Virus record (IMG/VR): IMGVR_UViG_3300027985_001053
Direction: 5' to 3' (one strand)
Length of the DNA: 64,000 bases
Source: a virus
Taxonomy: Duplodnaviria; Heunggongvirae; Uroviricota; Caudoviricetes
Positions within the stretch are counted from its first letter, which is position 1. The number at the start of each line of letters is the position of its first letter. The notes below the pieces were generated by a model, which did not search any database, had not been told where the DNA came from, and saw nothing but the letters and a program-made list of their open reading frames with translations. The position numbers and the translations under genes are program-made. Of the stretch, positions 57,995 to 64,000 are shown in pieces.

Positions 57995-59893
57995 TTATTT
58001 TTCAGACTCTTGCTTTTTAGCAATCTCTGAAAAATCAGCAGTTACTCCATACAAAGTTTTTCTTAAAGTATTTACTACTTCAGTCGTTTTCTTTGCTTCC
58101 TCTAAGCTCTCTTTAAGCCTAGAGGTCTCTTTAAGCTTAATAGTAGATATTGTTGCTTTCATTGATTCTAAGAACCTCTTATCTAAGCTACTTGTGGAAG
58201 AGGACGCCATAAAATGTCTAGAATCCTCAACACCCTCATATCTACAAGATTCTTGTCGTGTTTTCATGATAGCTTCCCTCATTAAATCTGGAGTTAAAAC
58301 TTCTCGTATTTTAATAAAATGCTCTTGTAATATTGGATCAGAATCCTCTACGTTAATAGTCTCTTCAGTACCATTAGCAATCTCAGACACCCACATATCT
58401 AAATCTTCTTTTGGAGCTACGGACAAGGATGATAAGATACTTCTTATAGTATCCTGAGGAAGTTTTGCAGTCGCTGTAAACCCTAAAAGATCTCTAATAG
58501 TTTCAGCAGTATCCTTGGCAAGTCTGAGCCTTTCTTGATAAAGTCTAACTAACTCTGGGTCATCATCTACTGTTGGTAAAGGCATACTTAATTCAAAGTA
58601 ATCTTTATCTGGGTCATATTCCCCTGTAAGAGTCATTTGGATTTTAACTTGAGTAACTAATTGTTCAAGGATGGCAGACTGTATACTATATACAGCTTTT
58701 GCAAAGACTTTAGATTGGGCTACTAAAGTTTTATTTGAATCTCCAAAACCTTTTTCCTTACCTTGGATTAAATAAGCAATAGGTACATCTAACGCTGATA
58801 TTACGTTTTCTTCATCAGCATCAAGATCGCCTATAGAACTTAAATCCATGGAAGTAGATTTTAAGTCATACTTAAAAACACCATCTATTGTAAAAATCTT
58901 CTGGCCAACTCCGGTAGCATCCTGAGCCGAATAATCAGAAAGATTTTCTTCTATTTCTTTTAATTCCTGTAGCCTTTGAAACATCATATCAATAGGAGTA
59001 GATTCAGCATTCATTAGTGTAACTACTTCTTTTGGAAATGATGCTATTCTAGCTAAAGCTATTAGTTCTTTTGTAGCTTTCCAGGTCATGTAAGGAGCCA
59101 AAGCTGAAAGTAATAATGGTTTTCCGTAGGGAGCAAACTCATGTCTTGAAGAAGGCATTCTAAAATGAGCTACTTGCCAAGGAGCAAATACAAAGTCATC
59201 TATTCTATAACCTATTAAAGTAGATTTAAAATACTCTGAAGTTGCCATATCAGGGTCGTCTATAGCTTTTAGAAGTTGTTGCATTCTGGAATCAGTTTGA
59301 CTAAGTTTATCGTAACCGTAGTAGCCACCTTCTACTTGATGCTTAATTCTAACCGGATTAAACTCGATTCGCTCTTGTAGAGAAAAAGGATCTGCTAAAG
59401 TAGTCTCTGCTATTCCTTCTGTTGGTGTTAAAGAGTTTATAGCTATTGAATTTCCTAATGTAACAAGGTCTTCGACTATAGCTTCTAAATTAGCCTTGGT
59501 ATATCCAGCTTTTTGTAGAAATGTCTTAATCCATCTCTCTTGTTTACGTGTTCTTGCTTTCACTTGAATAGTATCATGAGATATCTTAGAACCTATAGTC
59601 TCATTCTTATAAAGTTTTACTGTTTTAGATACAGGTCCATTATTATGAGCCATCTGGTCTAATATTTGCCAAAGCTGTATTCTTTGATGAAGATTAGGTT
59701 TATCTATAGTGTAACTGTTCCTCCAATGATTTAGAGCTTTTTCTAAATCACTTGGAAGGGTTATGCCTTTATCGGCAAAAGTTCTAGGTAAAACTTCTTT
59801 ACCGCCTAAACTTTTTGAAGTTGTTTGGATAGTAATCCCGAACTCTTTTTTTAAATAATCTAAAGATGCTTTATCAAAACTTGAGGTATTCAT
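57995..59893 (-). CDS. portal protein (tentative)
   Basis: 632 aa, no NTPase motif, immediately upstream of scaffold and capsid genes. Confidence 0.4.
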   Translation of the reverse strand: MNTSSFDKASLDYLKKEFGITIQTTSKSLGGKEVLPRTFADKGITLPSDLEKALNHWRNSYTIDKPNLHQRIQLWQILDQMAHNNGPVSKTVKLYKNETIGSKISHDTIQVKARTRKQERWIKTFLQKAGYTKANLEAIVEDLVTLGNSIAINSLTPTEGIAETTLADPFSLQERIEFNPVRIKHQVEGGYYGYDKLSQTDSRMQQLLKAIDDPDMATSEYFKSTLIGYRIDDFVFAPWQVAHFRMPSSRHEFAPYGKPLLLSALAPYMTWKATKELIALARIASFPKEVVTLMNAESTPIDMMFQRLQELKEIEENLSDYSAQDATGVGQKIFTIDGVFKYDLKSTSMDLSSIGDLDADEENVISALDVPIAYLIQGKEKGFGDSNKTLVAQSKVFAKAVYSIQSAILEQLVTQVKIQMTLTGEYDPDKDYFELSMPLPTVDDDPELVRLYQERLRLAKDTAETIRDLLGFTATAKLPQDTIRSILSSLSVAPKEDLDMWVSEIANGTEETINVEDSDPILQEHFIKIREVLTPDLMREAIMKTRQESCRYEGVEDSRHFMASSSTSSLDKRFLESMKATISTIKLKETSRLKESLEEAKKTTEVVNTLRKTLYGVTADFSEIAKKQESEK

Positions 59894-59901
59894 CTATACT
59901 C

Positions 59902-60669
59902 CTATGCAGTTGTTATTTGTGGGAATTTAGCCCACTTTTCTTCAATTTTGGTTTCCAGAGCTTTACCATCATCAATCATTGCTTGGCCATCAACATCTAC
60001 AGGTAAATCCCCAACATCTTCTTTCTCGATTAGATTACCTAACCATTTTAAAAGATGAGCTGAAGCCAAAGAAATAACATCATCCCTATGTGAGAACGGA
60101 ACCTCTTCCCAAACGGTAATATTCTTTATCCAAGTTATACGAAGATCTCCTCCCATATTTGAATAACCATTTAGAACTCGTCCTACGATATCATTATCTA
60201 TAACTAATGTTTTAGAAGCATCTCTTAATCCTTGGGTTCGAGCTTTATTTAAAAGATAATTAGAAGTATCCATGCCAAAATTATACGGAGTTCCAAAAGC
60301 ATTACCTCCGGAACCTGCCATCATAGCTGAATTAGTCATCATATTTAAATTAGAAAAAGTATTTGGAACTTGATTAGGCCCTAAGACTCCTCGACCTTTT
60401 ATGGTTATAATTCTAGTATTAACTACACCATAACAATTTTCAGGATAATCTATAGAGAACTCACCATTTACGGGTTGTGTTGTTTTTTTGATTGGAGGGT
60501 TTACTATGTTGTATTGTCGAATAGCTTTATCAATATACCTTTGAATCATATCAATAGACTGAGTATATTGAGGAAGAAGTTCGTTGAAATCTTCTTCTGT
60601 TAAAAAAGGATACCCAAGAGGAAACAAAACTTCTTCCCGGACATCCTGCGGAACATTTACTGTTATCAC
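59902..60669 (-). CDS. hypothetical protein
   Basis: 255 aa ORF. Confidence 0.4.
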   Translation of the reverse strand: MITVNVPQDVREEVLFPLGYPFLTEEDFNELLPQYTQSIDMIQRYIDKAIRQYNIVNPPIKKTTQPVNGEFSIDYPENCYGVVNTRIITIKGRGVLGPNQVPNTFSNLNMMTNSAMMAGSGGNAFGTPYNFGMDTSNYLLNKARTQGLRDASKTLVIDNDIVGRVLNGYSNMGGDLRITWIKNITVWEEVPFSHRDDVISLASAHLLKWLGNLIEKEDVGDLPVDVDGQAMIDDGKALETKIEEKWAKFPQITTA

Positions 60670-60710
60670 TAGATCACCTCTACTTCTATAGTAGAAATAA
60701 TCCTATTTAA

Positions 60711-61250
60711 CTATTTAAGTCCTGTAGAACCCATTTTCCCAGAGCCTCTTGAGGTCTCAAGGAGTTCATCCTTCTCTACCACCTCACAGATAGGTGTTAG
60801 CATAGGTATTAGTTGAGTCAACTTTTCGTCTTTGGAAACCTTAATAGGTTTATCCGTCTGATTACGAATAATAATTACAATTTCCCCTGTATATTGTTTA
60901 TCAACAATTCCTGCAGAGATCTCTAAACCAATTCCAGCTCGACCAGATTTATCTCTAATTTGAATCCATGGTCTAAATTGAGTTTGAAACATATAGTCTA
61001 TCATAGATTTACATACATTAACAATCTGAGGATTTCTAAAGTTATGCTTTTCTAGCATAAATCCAGCCTGATCAAAACCTTTATACTCTAGCTGAGTTGC
61101 TAACCCTGAATGAATTACATTCTTCCCTGGGACTAACACCAAGTCTTCTTTTGCAAAGATATCAAATCCTGCATCCTCATTTTCTACCTTTTGACTAAGA
61201 AGCTTAACCTCTTTATCAAGTCTTTTAACATTTAAGTTAAATAAATTCAT
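60711..61250 (-). CDS. dut: dUTP diphosphatase
   Basis: DAGFDIFA, RDKSGRAGIGL, GIVDKQYTGEIVIII. Confidence 0.75.
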   Translation of the reverse strand: MNLFNLNVKRLDKEVKLLSQKVENEDAGFDIFAKEDLVLVPGKNVIHSGLATQLEYKGFDQAGFMLEKHNFRNPQIVNVCKSMIDYMFQTQFRPWIQIRDKSGRAGIGLEISAGIVDKQYTGEIVIIIRNQTDKPIKVSKDEKLTQLIPMLTPICEVVEKDELLETSRGSGKMGSTGLK

Positions 61251-61252
61251 TA

Positions 61253-61705
61253 CTACTCCTCTAAGCGTAAAATATCTTTTAAAAACAATCCTTGTTCTAG
61301 GACACTATGAATACAACCTACTTGTGTAACTAATTCTTCTTGAAACTTTCCCCAATTAACATCCATCATCTTTATAAACTCAGGAGAACTCCCTCTAGTT
61401 AAATACCTAATGAGGTATTCTTGCTTAATAGCTTTGGTATCTTTAGGATAAACTAAATTAAAAAATAATCCTGCAGCAACTAAAGCATTCCTAACGTCCT
61501 TATGAGTACTCACTAGGATAATATCTGCTTTGGATAGATTATCCTTGATATGCTTGATATAATTTTCTGGAAAATCCGGATTCCGAACTCCTTTAGAAAT
61601 CCAAGAAAAAATACTACTGTCCGAATCTAGCACTCTATACTTGCTATTGTTTTGGAACCAGCTTTTCCCAATTCCTGGAAATCCTGCGACAATTATTGCT
61701 TCCAT
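61253..61705 (-). CDS. P-loop nucleotide kinase-like protein
   Basis: Walker A IIVAGFPGIGKSW; 150 aa. Confidence 0.45.
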   Translation of the reverse strand: MEAIIVAGFPGIGKSWFQNNSKYRVLDSDSSIFSWISKGVRNPDFPENYIKHIKDNLSKADIILVSTHKDVRNALVAAGLFFNLVYPKDTKAIKQEYLIRYLTRGSSPEFIKMMDVNWGKFQEELVTQVGCIHSVLEQGLFLKDILRLEE

Positions 61706-61748
61706 TTACCATCCTTTATTATCTTAAATCTTTAAAAAATCACTTACT

Positions 61749-61964
61749 TTATTGAGAAGTATCGTCAATATTTAAATAACCTACTACAGCTCCTAGTCCT
61801 GTTAAAGCACTAGCAGTATAAATTATCTCAGCTCGATAAGGAGCCTCCCAATCGCACTTAATGGCTTTGGCTATACACTTTATTTCCCCTACTAATAAAA
61901 TCGCTGCGAAGATATAAGGTGAGAAAATAAGAAGACACCCTAAAAATCCTGAAAAGTTTTTCAT
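61749..61964 (-). CDS. small 2-TM membrane protein (holin-like?)
   Basis: 71 aa with two hydrophobic helices. Confidence 0.3.
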   Translation of the reverse strand: MKNFSGFLGCLLIFSPYIFAAILLVGEIKCIAKAIKCDWEAPYRAEIIYTASALTGLGAVVGYLNIDDTSQ

Positions 61965-62053
61965 TATAAACCTCCTATGGTTTTATAGATATTAGTCTAT
62001 AGAATACATCGAACAAAGTCTACACTCTACTATTTTAAGAATAGCCTGGAGTT

Positions 62054-63061
62054 CTATTTTGAGAGATAATCCTTTAGAAAAAGCTCTTTTTCCTCTAATG
62101 TCCAGTTACACTTATTTAAAAGTTCTAATACTCTATTCAAAGATTTTTCTTTTAGATATTTTTGCTGATACTCTACGGGAAAGTTTAACCAATAAAACAA
62201 TCTGAACTGATTATTAGAGGATATTTTCCTATAAAGGAAATCTAAGGTCTCTTTATTAAACTTTAGCATATTTTCACAGATAAAATGTTTGATACTATCT
62301 ACTAGTAGAGAGTCTTGATTTAATAAAGTTGTTCCCATAATAGAAATCATTTCGTCCGAGATATTTGCATACTGAGGTATAGTATAAAGATACAGGTAAT
62401 CGCCTCGGTGCGTATTTAAAGTAGTTATGATTTCTTTAAATACCTCGTCGTCCAGAATATACTTATTAGCCTGTAGTAAATCGTGAGGAACGTTCCCTTT
62501 AGAGCTTTCCATATAATAAATTGACAACCCATAGTTTTCTCCATTAGTACAGTAATGAGGATTTTTTACATAGGTTAATATTTCATCTCTTGTAAAATCT
62601 TCCGGCATCCTAAAAGAGTCTATAAGGTCTATAGGAATATCTTGCCCTGTTATAAGTAACAAAGTCTTCAAGTTTTCCTTATTATGATAAAAATTAATAG
62701 CAAGATGCTTCCACAAATATCCTCGACCTAAGTACCCATTGAACTCTTCCTTTACACCAAAAAGTAGGTTCATAGCATCTCTTAAAAAAGCATACCGTAT
62801 TTGGTCTATAGCAACTCTCTTATTCTCATAAGAGCTAACCTGTAAAGATTGCCATGAATCTCGTAAGGCTTCTATAAGAAACAGGCTATTCTTATATAAA
62901 GAATTCTTCTCATATAATTCTAGCTCTAGGTTTTTTATACTAGAAGCTTGTTCTCTAGTACATTTCTGAAGTCGAGATATAGTTTCCTCGAAGTTTGTTA
63001 TTTTTTCACGAATATCCTTCGTTATAAGCTCGTTCAAATCAATTTCTATGTAGTTTTCCAT
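62054..63061 (-). CDS. hypothetical protein
   Basis: 335 aa ORF. Confidence 0.4.
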   Translation of the reverse strand: MENYIEIDLNELITKDIREKITNFEETISRLQKCTREQASSIKNLELELYEKNSLYKNSLFLIEALRDSWQSLQVSSYENKRVAIDQIRYAFLRDAMNLLFGVKEEFNGYLGRGYLWKHLAINFYHNKENLKTLLLITGQDIPIDLIDSFRMPEDFTRDEILTYVKNPHYCTNGENYGLSIYYMESSKGNVPHDLLQANKYILDDEVFKEIITTLNTHRGDYLYLYTIPQYANISDEMISIMGTTLLNQDSLLVDSIKHFICENMLKFNKETLDFLYRKISSNNQFRLFYWLNFPVEYQQKYLKEKSLNRVLELLNKCNWTLEEKELFLKDYLSK

Positions 63062-63161
63062 CTTATTATCTCCTACGCTAAGTTCCGGATAAGTTTTAAA
63101 CCGGAACGAATCCTAGTATAACATAAACAATAAGGCTTTTAAAGTATATTTCTACATAAAC

Positions 63162-63968
63162 TTAATAATTTGTGAAAAGGACTTCTTGATAACCATTTTC
63201 AAGATTTTTCCTAACTTTAGAATAATCCATATCTAAAATAGTTTTCTTCCAACCTCGTGCCTCTAAGCCAAGTAATAAAGGAGAGTTCTCTTTCTTATCA
63301 AACAAAACTCCAGAAACCGCAACAGATGCTACTGTAGATAAACATTTTTCCAAAAGATGATTCTCTTCTACTTTACTCCAAAAGACGTTGTAACCTGCTT
63401 CTGTATTAAAATAAGGCGGGTCTAAATAAACCATGTCTTCTTTAAACCATTTTATTGCTTGGAACCGGTCTTTTCTAGTAATGATAGGAATTTCTTTTTC
63501 TCGAAATTCGGATACCCTGCACAAATAATCTCTTACTTTTTGCTCAGTACTCTCGTTATAGGTTCTCTTTCCAAAAGTTTGATTAAATTCACCCTTCTTA
63601 TTGAACCTCATCATATTCGAGTTACAGCATAAAATTAAAGCCATCAACATTGCAGGATTAAAAGAAGCATTATATCTCTTTCGTAATTCTAAATATCCCT
63701 TAGAATCATCTTTCTTCACACAATATCTCTTTACTTCTGAAATAAAATTGTACCTATTCTCAATAAAAGCTTTATGAATATCTGTGGATATTATATCATT
63801 CATAACTACAGAGTCAAAATTTAACCCGAGATTAAGGGCAACTGACCCACCTCCTGTAAAAACATCAATGAAAGACTTTTTAGAATAGTCTAACAGAGGT
63901 TCAAGCTGGGGTAGTAACTTATATTTACTACCCATATAGTTTAGCGGAGGATTTATATATTTTATCAT
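63162..63968 (-). CDS. dam: D12-class N6-adenine DNA methyltransferase (Dam-like)
   Basis: NYMGSKYKLLPQL, VFTGGGSVALN, VYLDPPYF. Confidence 0.8.
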   Translation of the reverse strand: MIKYINPPLNYMGSKYKLLPQLEPLLDYSKKSFIDVFTGGGSVALNLGLNFDSVVMNDIISTDIHKAFIENRYNFISEVKRYCVKKDDSKGYLELRKRYNASFNPAMLMALILCCNSNMMRFNKKGEFNQTFGKRTYNESTEQKVRDYLCRVSEFREKEIPIITRKDRFQAIKWFKEDMVYLDPPYFNTEAGYNVFWSKVEENHLLEKCLSTVASVAVSGVLFDKKENSPLLLGLEARGWKKTILDMDYSKVRKNLENGYQEVLFTNY

Positions 63969-64000
63969 TAAGATTATTTCTCCTACAAATAAATAAATAA

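Overview
This 64 kb window is low-GC (about 30%) and densely coded. It reads as a contiguous piece of a tailed dsDNA phage genome, a myovirus with T4-like capsid, terminase and prohead signatures. No integrase or host housekeeping genes are visible.

Layout:
- 1..9.3 kb: a + strand block of very small early genes, many of them CxxC zinc ribbons in paralogous pairs. It includes a frameshifted T1/P1-type Dam methyltransferase.
- 10.2..14.2 kb: a - strand block with peptide deformylase and an RtcB RNA ligase gene directly followed by a radical-SAM gene.
- 14.9..16.2 kb: a 1.3 kb non-coding region with GGGTAT heptad repeats, a G9 run, five tandem 61-bp repeats and AT-rich perfect palindromes. This is a candidate origin of replication.
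- 16.7..29.2 kb: a + strand accessory region. It is dominated by five paralogous leucine-rich-repeat (LRR) protein genes with 7 to 20 repeats of a 20-residue unit. They share a conserved N-terminal MEYTLEEL leader and an unknown C-terminal domain of about 150 aa. They are driven by two families of reiterated sigma70-type promoters whose -35 boxes sit inside palindromes that vary by compensatory changes. Several transcripts begin with a conserved 45-nt tRNA-like minihelix (acceptor stem plus T-arm).
- 31.1..64 kb: a - strand module. It carries a full-length transmembrane methyl-accepting chemoreceptor-like gene, thyA, an SLT lytic transglycosylase, a sigma-70-family factor, baseplate and tail genes (tape measure, candidate frameshifted chaperone, tube, sheath), a truncated terminase-ATPase paralog, terminase large subunit, major capsid protein, scaffold/protease, portal, dUTPase, a P-loop kinase and a D12-class Dam.
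- A + strand insert in that module encodes a small membrane protein and an SPFH lipoprotein next to an (ATCT)9 microsatellite.

The most unusual items are the LRR multigene family with its promoter-operator cassettes, the tRNA-like 5' leaders, the RtcB-radical SAM operon and the chemoreceptor-like gene.
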